From NCBI GenBank assembly GCA_024679065.1, contig JAGIQG010000014.1, positions 38,750,001 through 38,814,000 of the forward strand: 64,000 bases of DNA, read 5' to 3'. The translations under genes and the position numbers were made by a program. Origin of the DNA: Sphyrna mokarran. Its lineage: Eukaryota. This document shows positions 52,908 through 64,000 of this stretch, piece by piece; within the stretch, counting starts at the first letter, position 1; every line of letters starts with the position of its first letter. Below the pieces are notes generated by a model that ran no database searches, had not been told where the DNA came from, and worked only from the letters and a program-made list of their open reading frames with translations.

Positions 52908-54305
52908 TGGCATTCTGGGCATAAAAAAATCTGGGGACATGGTTTTCACCATCACATGCGCAAGGTAGGGCCTGAACAAGTCCACAATACTATCTCCACA
53001 GAGATGAGGGCTGACTTTTTAAAATGTATCCCAATATTCACTACATAAAAATATTCCCCCCACTCCATGTATATGCACACAACATGGGGGAATCATTGAC
53101 ATATAAGTAGCGGGGTAACCCGTCCTGTCCCACACATAAGAAAAATCCCCCAACAGTGCTCCCCAGAGGGCTTGCTGAGATTCCCCTTTCCGCAGACCCA
53201 CAAGATTTCTGCTCACATCACTATTTTCATCCGTGGCAGAAATTGAAACTGGTTAAAGCACAAAATAAGGTGTCATGGAGTCCAGGATTTTATATTAGCA
53301 TCAACAGAGGATTGTTTAACATTCAGGAGTTAGAGATTAGGGATCACCATGATCATGCTGAATGGCAGAGCAGGTTCGATGGGCTTTGTGGTCTTCTATT
53401 TCTTATGTTCTTTAAAACCTGTATTTTATTTGAAAAGACGACACAAAAATGTGGCATACATTGTTATTACCTTGCAAATGCATTCATTCAGTCTTCATTT
53501 ACATCTAAGGCTTATTGTCTACCTCAGTTGACACGCTAAATAAGCTAGAATTGCAAATCAGCTCCGGTAGTTATTTCAATTTGCATAGTACCAACAATGT
53601 GCAGTGTTTCTGAGATTTTTGATTAAGTCAGTGAACAAGCACGTTCTGTATGAAATTGCGCAGGATGCATTGTGAAAAATACATGTAATTCTTTGGAAAC
53701 ATAGCTGGAAGCTTCTTAGCTCACTATTTCTATTACATTATTCCTGTCACTAGGATCTGTTGAAATGTTATTTCCTTGTGGGGTATTTTTTTGCGGAAAA
53801 AGTCTAATACTGCCACACTTTGAGATTGATACGATACTCAAATTTTCATGTGTTTTTGACAAGATCTATTATCACTTACATATGTCTTATTCTGCATTCA
53901 TGAACTTTTTTTATTTCCTTTATGGTTTATTCATCGCTAACACGTGACATGATTTGAACCAAACCTGACTGAAACAACAATTTTGCATTAATATTATCTG
54001 AATGAAATTTGTAGTTTTTCTTTTTGGTTCAGATTAAAATACTTCGAAAGATGTCTGTTTAATGGTTTACAGAATGATGCTATATGTCACGGATAATCTT
54101 TAAAATAAGATATAATTAACAGAATAAATGAAATATTTGGGTATGTGTTTCTTGACAGTAAGACTTCTCTTGTTGATTATTGCAGCAAAGAAGTTTCCAG
54201 ATATATATCTTATTTTGCCTACTAACATAATACATTTGCTTAATATCTATAAACCCAGGTTATGCCAAGGTTATGAATTCAGGCTTCACCTGCGACAGAT
54301 ATTAA

Positions 54306-54622
54306 GGGGCAGCATGGTGGCATAGAGGTACCTTGCTGCCTCATAGCACTAGGGCCCGGCTTCCATCCTGGCCTCGAGTGACTGTTTGTGTGAAGTCTGC
54401 ATGTTTTCCCTGTGTCTGCATGGGTTTCCTCCGGGTGCTCCAGTTTCCTCCCACAATCTAAAGATGTGCAGGTTCGATTGATTGGATATGCTTAAGTACC
54501 CCTTAGTGTCAGAAGGATTAGTAGGGTAAATGTGTGGAGTCCCTGGGATAGGGCATGGGTGGGATTGTTGTCAGTGCAGGCTCTTTAGGCCTCCTTCTGC
54601 ACTATAGGGGCTGATTGATTCT
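54306..54622 (+). mobile_element. HE1-like SINE, full length
   Basis: GGGGCAGCATGGTGGC head; GGGTTTCCTCCGGGTGCTCCAGTTTCCTCCCAC core. Confidence 0.85.
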
Positions 54623-55369
54623 TAGTTGTTTGGAACTATTATTCATGACATAATGTTAAGAAGATGATTGACATGATAATTGATAAAATAAATTAGGCTT
54701 GAGCTGGATGTGGCCATGGTGTAAAGGCAAAACCATGAAAATTGGTCCGTTGGCCTCATTTATTCATTACCAAGAGGCGGTCAGCTCCAGATGACAGCTA
54801 GATCATCTGGTGCCTGATGTTATTGGTTTCACAGTAAAACAAGTCATTAAAAAAAATTCAATTTAGCTTTCTAGTCACAGCCTCCAGAGATACATTTAAG
54901 GACTAGTAGTTTTGATGTCTAGTACCTGGAAAAACTGATTGTCTCAAGGGTTATGTATGTTGCATTTAAGTGCATTACATTTATAAAGAATATTCTCAAA
55001 TGAGTATGATGTCTACTACTCACTCTTTGAAATTTTAGTAATTTGCTCACAACCCTGGTGTTCTGAAATTTCTGTATCTGTGTCATCATTATGACTGCCT
55101 ATTTCCACTTCTGTAACATTGGGCAAGATTTTCCAGTTCTACCATGGTGTACTTTCCAGTGGCAGATGTGATTCACCATTGGCTACTGGTGGGATCTTCG
55201 TGTTCTGGCAAAGTCCACGGTGTTTCACATGTCTTGCCGCTGGAAAGCATGGCACTAGTCAGCCAAACTACTAGTCCTTAAATGGAATCTTACCAGAAAG
55301 CTAAATTTAAAATTGTTTTACTTGCCTGACTGGAAGGTCCCACTGGCAGGAAGGATTAGAAAATCCTGC

Positions 55370-55995
55370 CCATTGTCTCTGTCTCAGCTTGTTTGCTGCA
55401 AAACCCTCATTCATGCTTTTGTTACTTGTAGACTCGACTATTCTAATGTTCCCCAGCTCATACCTCATCTTGGATTCTCTACGGTACATTGTACTCATTT
55501 TAAAATTCTGCTGAGCATATCCTATCTTGCACCAAGTTTCTTTCAGCTAACACCTCTATGCTCCCTGAACGACATTGGTTTCCAGTCCAACAACACCATG
55601 ATTTTAAAACTCATCTTCCTATTTTCAAATCCCTCCATGACCTTGCCCTCTCCATCTCTCTGCAACCTCCTCCAGGGCCAAACAGTATCTCTGATCACTG
55701 TACTCCTTCACTTCTGGCATCTTGCGCATTTCTTTTCTTTGCTCTACCACTGGTGGTTGAACTTTCAGCAGCTGAGATCCAAAGCTCTGGAATCCATTCC
55801 CTCAACCTTTTTATTGCTCTCGTGTCTCTCCCCCTTTAGGATGCTCTTTAAAACCTAGATTTTTGGCCAGGTTTTTTTCTCACCTGTCTCAATATTGCCT
55901 TATGTTGCTTGGTGTTAAATTGTGCTTGATTGTGCTCCTCTGAAACATCGTGGGATGTTTTATTACATTAAAAGTATCATTTAAATGCAATTTGA
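55370..55995 (+). mobile_element. L2-clade LINE 3' end
   Basis: KTLIHAFVTCRLDYSN and LPERHWFPVQQHHDFKTHLPIFKSLHDLA are characteristic of the L2 ORF2 end. Confidence 0.85.
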
Positions 55996-56065
55996 TGTCA
56001 TATTTGCAAATGCAAAGAGCCCGATGCAGATTTAGTCACATCCCCTGGTGACTGAATGAAGGAAA

Positions 56066-56190
56066 CTTTACCAGTAAGACCCATGTGGACAGGAGGAGAA
56101 CATGCAACCTCTACACAGACAATGACCCAAGCCAGTATTCAAATCCAGGCCCTTGGCACTGTGAGGCAGCAGTGTCAGCGAGCTGCCCAC
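56066..56190 (-). mobile_element. HE1-like SINE 5' fragment
   Basis: GGCACTGTGAGGCAGCAGTG head in reverse orientation. Confidence 0.7.
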
Positions 56191-56819
56191 GGGTTTTGGT
56201 GAAATATTTGAAAAAATTGATTGATTAGAGTGAGAATAAAACAGCATGCACTGAGCGTACGTCGAGTATTGACGCATAAGCTGAACAAACATTTCCATTC
56301 TATTGCACAGCTTTCCAAATGTTGAGTCTATTGAAGTTTTTATATCTACATAAATATTAATAAAATGATCAGTTGTTCTCTCAGTATTGTTAAATATTAA
56401 TGCTCCTTCGAAAATCCTCACTGTTACTTTGGCATTTTCTTTGACGTGAAGATCTTTGATGTCTGTTTTTGTTTATTGCCTTTGAAAGGCAAACATCAAA
56501 GGTGATTTCAACACTTCAAAATTAGAATTTTAAGATGAATGGAATCGACAAATTCATCTCAGCAAATTGTTTAGTATGCTGATGGATTTGAATAGTGGGG
56601 GATAATTAAAAATTTAGAGGCTAGAATAAGAAGGATGGGCAGGAAGAACTCACACGACCAGAGGGTATTAAAGCTGTGGAATAATTTGCTATGGATAGTT
56701 ATCGCAATGAACAATAGAAGTAAATTCAAAAGATAATTGTACGTATGCAATTCTGAGGCAGGAGGTGGACTGATAAAGCAGGTAGATGGGGTGATTTGAT
56801 TTAAAAAGACTAGCTTATT

Positions 56820-57674
56820 AGGTCCAATTTTACCATTGTGTTGCACTGATTTTCAGATGTGGAAATGTGGTAAAGTTGGGTTTGAGGCGAATAGTGCAAT
56901 TTGTGCCCACTTCTGTGTCGGATCCCCCCTTTATCAAGGCTCGGAAATGGCCATGATCGGGATAGCATCCGAAATGGGCGTGACGGCTATCTAAATGCAT
57001 TTGCATGCATTTAAACTGCATGCATTTAAATTGACTTAATGGGCTGCACAGCCAACCTTATTGGCACTTCCCCTTTTACCATCGTGTTCGCCCATCCAGA
57101 ATTACCATGGAAGAGACAGGCCCCATAAAAGTCCTATTTGGGCACTGCACTTAGTGAGGAGATAGATGTCTAGTATCTGACAGCTCTCTGCTTGAAATTG
57201 GTGGAGAGGACGGGGGACTGGAGGGTGGGAGGGGGGGAGTTTGCTGCCGCTTTGCCTGAGATCAGTGGAGGAGATTGAGGGGAGGGGGTATTTGCTGCCA
57301 CTCTGCCTGAGATCAGTGGGGAAGAGGGGAAGGGCCCGCAATTGGTCTGGGTGGCAGGGGTGGAGGATAAAGGGATCAGTAAGGGTGGATGGCACATTGT
57401 CTGTGGGAGTCAGGGGGGAAGCATTTTTTTGCCTGGGAGCAATGTGGCAGGGGAATGGCATTCAATCATTTTTTGTCTGCATATGCGCAGTTGGAGGCTC
57501 AGATCAGAGCTGCAGGATTTTGGGTGTGTTAACCTGCCCACAGGCTTGTGCAGTGCGATTCAGAACTGCTGGTATTTTTGCAGGCAGCGTGCATATGGGT
57601 CTAAACGTTGGATCTGAAACATCCCAGTTTCAAGTCCATCCAGCACTTAAAATCAAAATGGTAAAATAGGGCCC
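56820..57674. mobile_element. Second copy of the Harbinger-type element
   Basis: Colinear with 4816-5561 (e.g. CATTTAAATTGACTTAATGGGCTGCA); TIRs AGGTCCAATTTTACCATT / AATGGTAAAATAGGGCCC. Confidence 0.75.
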
Positions 57675-57739
57675 AATAGTCTTATATTCTGTGAATAAAA
57701 GTTCTTGCTGCCATAAAATAAGCACTGTAAACCTTGTTA

Positions 57740-58165
57740 TTTCAAGTGTATCAGCTCCACTGGGTGGGATATGTCGCTCAATTACCTGACACGAGACTTC
57801 TGAGACAAATGTTCTGAGGCAATTGTGGCAGGAGACTCCCAGATAGGCAGTGGAAACATTTACAGCTGTCCTCAAAGCATTCCTGAAGAGATCAAACATC
57901 TCCATTGACTCATTGGAGTGCCTTGCTTGTGAACGAACAGAACGGAGAACTCCCTCAACAGGAGCACACTGAGGCAAAGTCAAGATGTTGAGGCAGCACA
58001 CAAACCACTAAACAACTCTTCTATCCTAGTCTTCAAACACTACCTAACTTGCATGTGGCAAAGTCTGCAGATTGTATATTGTACTTATCAGCCATCTAAG
58101 AATCCATCAAAACAGAGTGGAAAGCAAATTATACTCGATCATGAGTTATTACCCAAGGAGAAGAT
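57740..58165 (+). mobile_element. RTE-clade LINE 3' end
   Basis: Translates to ..QWKHLQ/VLKAFLKRSNISIDSLECLACERTERR, resembling RTE G.Q.KR.KD.LK.SLK...I....WE.LA.DR..WR. Confidence 0.65.
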
Positions 58166-59199
58166 AGGTAAGTTTTAATATCTCCTGAGCACAAGCACAC
58201 AGCTTATGTACCAGTATAATCTGGAGAATGTTTAAAAAATGAGTACTGTTAATTTAAGGAATAACTTGTTCATCACATTTTACAATGATGGTTTGATTGA
58301 AAGCCAGTTCCACAGTTGGGTTGCATTCTTTAGCAAAATTACATTTCTTTTCTTTCATGTCTTTGAAGCTACTATCCCACTTTCGGAGAACCTGAAACGT
58401 GCTTTTCATTTGGAGGAGATGTTTAATTTTGAATAGATTTGAGCAAGTTGAATTCAGAAGTAGTTGGCTAGAATCATTTGAATTCATATGTAAACTCTGT
58501 CATTTAAGTATCATTATAGAAAACAAGGCAGCTAGTTTACTTATTATGCAGTAAAATAGTTATATACTCAGTACTATGATACCAATTTTCTCCAAAATAT
58601 TGCAGATAGAATGGAGTTGAAAAATAATGTCCAGGTGTAGGTGACAGGTGCAGACAGCTTAGCTTCTTATTCCACAGTCTGACTTCAAGTGAGGTCAGTT
58701 TACATGACAGCTTTGCAATCCCTACTATTCATTATTCTAACAACATGATAACAAGAATGATTCAAACTTGCCTATAGGCATCTCAAATATGTCCAAATCC
58801 ATTATTGCTTTGCATTTATTTAACATAATTATTTTTTATCATGTAGACGGGTTTACTTTGAATGAAAGTTAATGTTCACAGGGCTATTCATGCTTACAAG
58901 AACTTAACCCTTTCTTTAACTTAGTCATAGAGTCAGAGATATACAGCATGGAAACAGGCCCTTCAGCCCAACTCATCTATGCTGACCAGGTTTTCTAAAC
59001 TGAACTAGTCCCATTTGCCTGTGTCACCCGTTTGCTTTCATTGAGTGGAATTTTCTGCCAGTGGGATTTTCTGTTCCTGCCAAAGTCGATGGATTTTTGA
59101 ATGGCTCGCCACATTTTCCAACTCCATCCTTCATAAAATTTGGTCCATTGTTTCAATGTCATATATCCCACAGGGGAAAATCTGTACCATTTATAAAGA

Positions 59200-59525
59200 A
59201 GGCAGCACAGTAGTACAATGGTTAGCACTGCTGCTTCACAGCTCCAAGGAGCTAGGTTCAATTCCCAGTTTGGCTCACTGTCTGTGTGCAGTTTGAACAT
59301 TCTCCTTGTATCTGTGTGAGTTTCCTCCAGGTGCTCTGGTTTCCTCCCACAATCCAAAGATGTGCAGGTTAGATAGACTGGCCATGCTAAAATTGCCCCA
59401 TAGTGTCCTGAGATGTGTGGATTAGCTGTTGGATATGGGGATAGGGCCTGAATGGGATTATGGTTGGTGCAGACTCGATGGGCCAAATGGCCTCTTTCTG
59501 CACTGTACAGTTTCTATGATTCTTC
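59200..59525 (+). mobile_element. HE1-like SINE, full length
   Basis: GGCAGCACAGTAGTACAATGGTTAGCACTGCTGC head, GGTTCAATTCCC B-box and TTCTATGATTC tail. Confidence 0.9.
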
Positions 59526-62500
59526 TAATTATGATATCAGTTCATTATTCAAAATCAATAGAGGGGTTCATGTTTTATCTTGTATTCAGGAGAAAGGACT
59601 TTATGGATTGAGATAAATGATATAAGCCGATGGTGTTTCTTTGCAAAAGTTAATATACAAAACCAGATTAGCTAGTCAACCTATCAAATTAAAGGATTAG
59701 AAATTTGGCTCTGTTCCATAACCTGGCATTATGGAAGCCAGAACGCCTCCAAATGGTGTGAGCAATGGTCCAAGCTGCTCCTGGCTTCGTCTGTGTGGTG
59801 CCTCATGGTGAAAGGAATGCTGGTATGAGTGTGTTGTGTGGCACTGGAAGCTTCCCAATTGACCAGATTATGACATCAAATAGATATGCTCACTGATATA
59901 AATGCAATCTAGACCATACATCACACTCATCACACGTTCATTTGTCACTCACCGACATGCATTAAGTTGCAAGAGGGCCCCGCCGTATCTGGTGATATTT
60001 AAATATCAGGCATCCAACTTGCAGGTCAGATGAATTGGAAAACTTCCATTATTACAAAGCTTTATAAAAGTAGTTTCTGTATTGAGTTGTTGAATTTAGC
60101 AGGGAGTGTTATGGTAGGAGTAGAGAGAATTTGATGACCTATTCACATAAAAGGCCCATAACAGTTATAGGGACTTCAGGTGCAGTACCTCAGGGTATGC
60201 AGCATGATAGGGGGATGGAGCAGAGGCATGAGGAGAAGGAGAAAGATGAAGATGTACCAGAATACCTTCACTCTGGACACATTGCCTGTGAGTGCTTACT
60301 CAAACTTTGGTTTTCTTAGGATCGCATCACTTTTCCACAATTCCCCACCTTTCCATTTATCTGTCACTTCCACTTACAGACTTCTTTTGATAAAAATCCT
60401 GCAATAGAAGCCATCCACAAAAATGTTGCAATGAGGTCTTTATCAAATAACATATCCAATCATACAGCTAAAATTAACTTCACTCTTGGCAATCCTGTTG
60501 GCGCTTATTTTACATTTGCCTTTTGTAATGTTGCTGCACAATGTTACCCTAATGGCTGCAATATGCCTCATCAAAGGCTGCCGACTTTCACTGGGGACAA
60601 CTTTGCAGTTCACTCACCACAAGCACCTCTGGGCCTTGAGGTTTCTGCTTCAAAATATATCATTTTGCTTGGCACAGGTAGTGGCAGTCTGGATTGGCTG
60701 ACCTTGGAAAAAGGACAAGAACACCAGCAGAATGGTAATAGTGGAAATGCTGCCAACCTGTGAGGGGACTGAGTGTTCATGTAGCAGGATGCCACTGCCC
60801 TTGCAATATGGAACACTTTGCCTGCAAAGGAGAAAGTGAAAGGTTAATGATGGTGTTGCACTGTATTTGGCTGATGTGCTTGCCACACTCAACTCAAATG
60901 AGGTAAATGATGTAAACACCAAGAGCTGGGTATCAGTCTGGAATGTATAAGGGAGAGGTGGACTCCATGGATGCTCATGTAAGTTCTGAGCGTTATGGTG
61001 GATAATGGGGTGTTTTGAACAACATAAAAGATTGAATGTATGATGGGTAGGAGATGTCCTTTAAAGATACATTAATTGAACTTGGCAACCTGCATGAGGT
61101 CAAGGAACATTTCATGGCATTGAGCTAGGTCTTCAGGACTCAATTATACTACAAATATTCAAACTATCACAAATGTCCTAAATATTACCAATTAAAATAT
61201 TTCACTTCAAGGAACAGAGTATGAATCACAAAACAAACGAGCTTTTCCTTTTGAGGAGTGTACAGGATTATAAATGCTTTTGAAATCTAAGGAAGAAAGA
61301 AAATTTCATATACTAATAAATGAACTGGCAAGCTTTGAATTTTGCTTACAAACATAAAACCAATAGATTTTCAGGTATTCCAATGTATATGCAGCCCCTG
61401 GAACCTGAGCATTGCCAGAATGTGCATATACCATAAAGGTTTACTGAGAAAATAAAATGCCACACAAAGATATTAGAAACATTGTCAGCAAGCGACAAAA
61501 ACAGCAGCATCACTAGTGATGAAGGTGCAATAATCTCAGAAACATTGACAATGAGTGAGAGCAAAAAAACAATAGCAACAGTGACAAAAATAGAAAATGC
61601 TAGAAATACTCAGCAGGTTGTGAGAAAACACAATGAAGATAACAATGTTTGCTCAGCTCAGCTATAACCACAGATAGCCAGCATTTTGCTTTGTTCATAA
61701 ACAACATTTCTATATTTTGAAATTTTAGGATTACTGCACAATGTTAAAAAGAATTAATTGAGAGTAACATATACGTCTGAGTGACTTGCACGGATTTAAA
61801 CAAATTAACAAGTGTGAAGAAAAGTCTTGCATCTAATGTGCGTCCATCATACATCAGACATCACATTTTGTCATGAATCAAGGACAATCCAAAATGAAAA
61901 GAGAAAGAAATCCAATCTCTGATTTGGAACTTGACATTTAAAAGAATCCTGGACTGCATCTTGACTGACCTCAATTACTTACAATTGCTTACTTAGAGCA
62001 GTTAACTGTGCCGGCCATAATAGAGTTGGTTATCATAACCACTTACCTATTTAATTGAACTGTCTGTATTTAGATTCACTGCCAGGCACTGCATCCATCC
62101 CAAACGTTCACGAGCATATATCTTACTTTGTTATGATATATTTTATATAGCATATTTAGATTTACAGCTTTCTGTACTATTTGTCAAGGTATTAGTGATC
62201 AACTTAAACAAAAAAAAAATTATTTAGACATAAATTAAATCATTCAATTATTTTGCATCAAGGAAACAGCACAAGCAAAGCTAAGTAATCATTATTTTCA
62301 TTTACAGTTTTTGGGGAGTTTTAATGAATCACATAAATGAGTGTTATGCTGTTAAATTGCAAACTTAGCTGTCTTTAAATATTTAACAGTTAATTCATTT
62401 CAAAGAGAACTGTTTTTAATTCTGTATTTGCAACATTCAGTTGGTCGCTTTGTATGAAATTATTATTTTACTATGATTGTGGTTTGGGCTGTGAAGGGAG

Positions 62501-63199
62501 TGACTAATTAAAACCTTGAAAAATAAAATAGTGCTAAAGCTGCTTTGCAGCTTTTCTCGTAGTCTGCTGAAGCTGAAAACAAGGTTTGGAGCTGAACAGC
62601 TGTGACACCAGCTGTTAGACTGTCAGAAGTATCTCACCATGTTGAATATTATCAGAGTGGGAAGTATGGTTCAATTGCTTCAGTCCATCCATATCAAATT
62701 ATAGCAAACTGTCCCTTGGAAAAAAACAGGCTATGCTATTAGTTCTCATAATGCTGTTACATTGGCTCGATTTGACAATGGTTAAACAATGCACCAAATT
62801 GATTTTACAAGGGTATTTCCTGCATTAAGGGCTGGATTCTTCCGGCAGGTGTTGAGCCCAAATATAGATGCTGAGCCTGCCTGTGCCATCAACATGCCCT
62901 CTCACCTTCTGGGAAATAGTCTCCAAATTGGCTGCCTCCGTGCTCGCCATCCAATTAAGGACGGTGAGCAGGCCCCCAAGCCCAGAGGCATAACCAGTGA
63001 GCCAAAGCAAAGTCAGGCCGGCGGCTTCATGGGTCAGGTGGGTGCTTTTGAGATAAGCAGGTCATTATCGATGCGCCCTCATTGGCCTCCACAAAGATAA
63101 TAAAATAAAGACATCCTAAGCTGGTAGGGCCATTGGTGTATAGAGGAAGCTCCCCTTATGCATGGCCATCAACAGCTGGCCAGACGTTGTGGCGAAGAA

Positions 63200-63545
63200 T
63201 CTTTTTTTTAATTCATTCATGGTACATAAGCATTGTTGGCTAGCCAGCATTTATTTCCCATTTGTAGTTGCCTTAGGGCACTTGAGAGTCAACCGTTTTG
63301 CTCTAGCTCTGGAATCATATGTAGGACATATAGGATTTCCTTCCCTAAAGGGCATTAGTGAACCAGTTGAGTTTTTCTGACAATCAACAATTGTTTCATG
63401 ATCATCAGTAGGTTCTTAATTCCAGATATTTTTTATTGAATTCAAATTCCACCATCTCCCATGGGATTTGAATCCTGGTCCCTAGAATATTAGCTGAGCT
63501 TCTGGATTAATAGCCTAGCGATAATACCACTAGGCCGTTGCTTTC
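63200..63545 (-). mobile_element. SacSINE1/DeuSINE-type SINE
   Basis: Reverse complement GGCCTAGTGGTATTATCGCTAGG..ATTCAAATCCC head and Deu-like CTGGTTCACTAATGCCCTTTAGGGAAGGAAA. Confidence 0.75.
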
Positions 63546-64000
63546 CCTGGGAGATTGCCTTGCTTGAAATGGAACTTCTATACGTGTTTTAAAGGCAGTA
63601 AAATATCCACCTGGTTACAAAATGGACCTATTTGTGGATCTTAATTGTATCCACAATCCAGTTCGAGACTTAATCTTGGGAATCTTCCCAGAGATCAAAA
63701 CGCGTGTGGGAGCCATGTGAACCCCCCCCAGCATTCATTTCCTCCTTCCATTGCCTACAACCAGCATCTCCCTGGGGCTTGGTAAATTCAGTCCTGAGTG
63801 TGAAATGCCTTTAAAGTCAGGAAATAAATAATACATGAATATCTGCAAATTGTATTAACCATTTGGGACTGCATGTGGTATTGACATTTGTGAGATAATA
63901 GAACTTTCATAATCAGCATGGGATTTAAATATTGCATGAAGGTGACTAGTCTTTCCATTTCTCTGCAGACATTCTTAAACACACAATTTACCTTGCCAAA

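Noticed and set aside
59200-59275. tRNA genes at SINE heads
   Set aside because: A/B boxes run directly into HE1 core sequence with no complete cloverleaf.
1-64000. Most short ORFs in the supplied track as host genes
   Set aside because: They overlap SINE, LINE or MITE remnants or have low-complexity composition; no consistent exon chain or recognisable protein.

Overview
Eukaryotic, AT-rich, repeat-dense non-coding DNA, almost certainly from a shark or other cartilaginous fish. The assignment rests on HE1-type tRNA-derived SINEs, SacSINE/Deu-type SINEs, CR1/L2/RTE LINE fossils and PIF/Harbinger MITEs with Myb-like remnants. No host protein-coding gene can be supported; the window looks like a large intron or intergenic region. 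The main feature is a set of Penelope-like retroelement (PLE; RT + GIY-YIG) insertions from two subfamilies: a young 3.1 kb copy with ~817 bp inverted arms and an 11 bp TSD (37716-40824); an older 1.8 kb inverted copy (13649-15432); a 0.6 kb 3' fragment; a ~150 bp hairpin mini-element; and a 47 bp terminus-only insertion with a 12 bp TSD. Their 3' UTRs carry minimal type I hammerhead ribozymes (CUGANGA...GAAA-GC-UH, with a palindromic AGCU helix III implying dimer-dependent cleavage), whose helices covary between copies. The copies form a natural series consistent with priming from two positions in the RNA 3' end. Several short, locally templated direct or inverted copies are also scattered through the window. 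All calls are by eye; no database search or folding was run.
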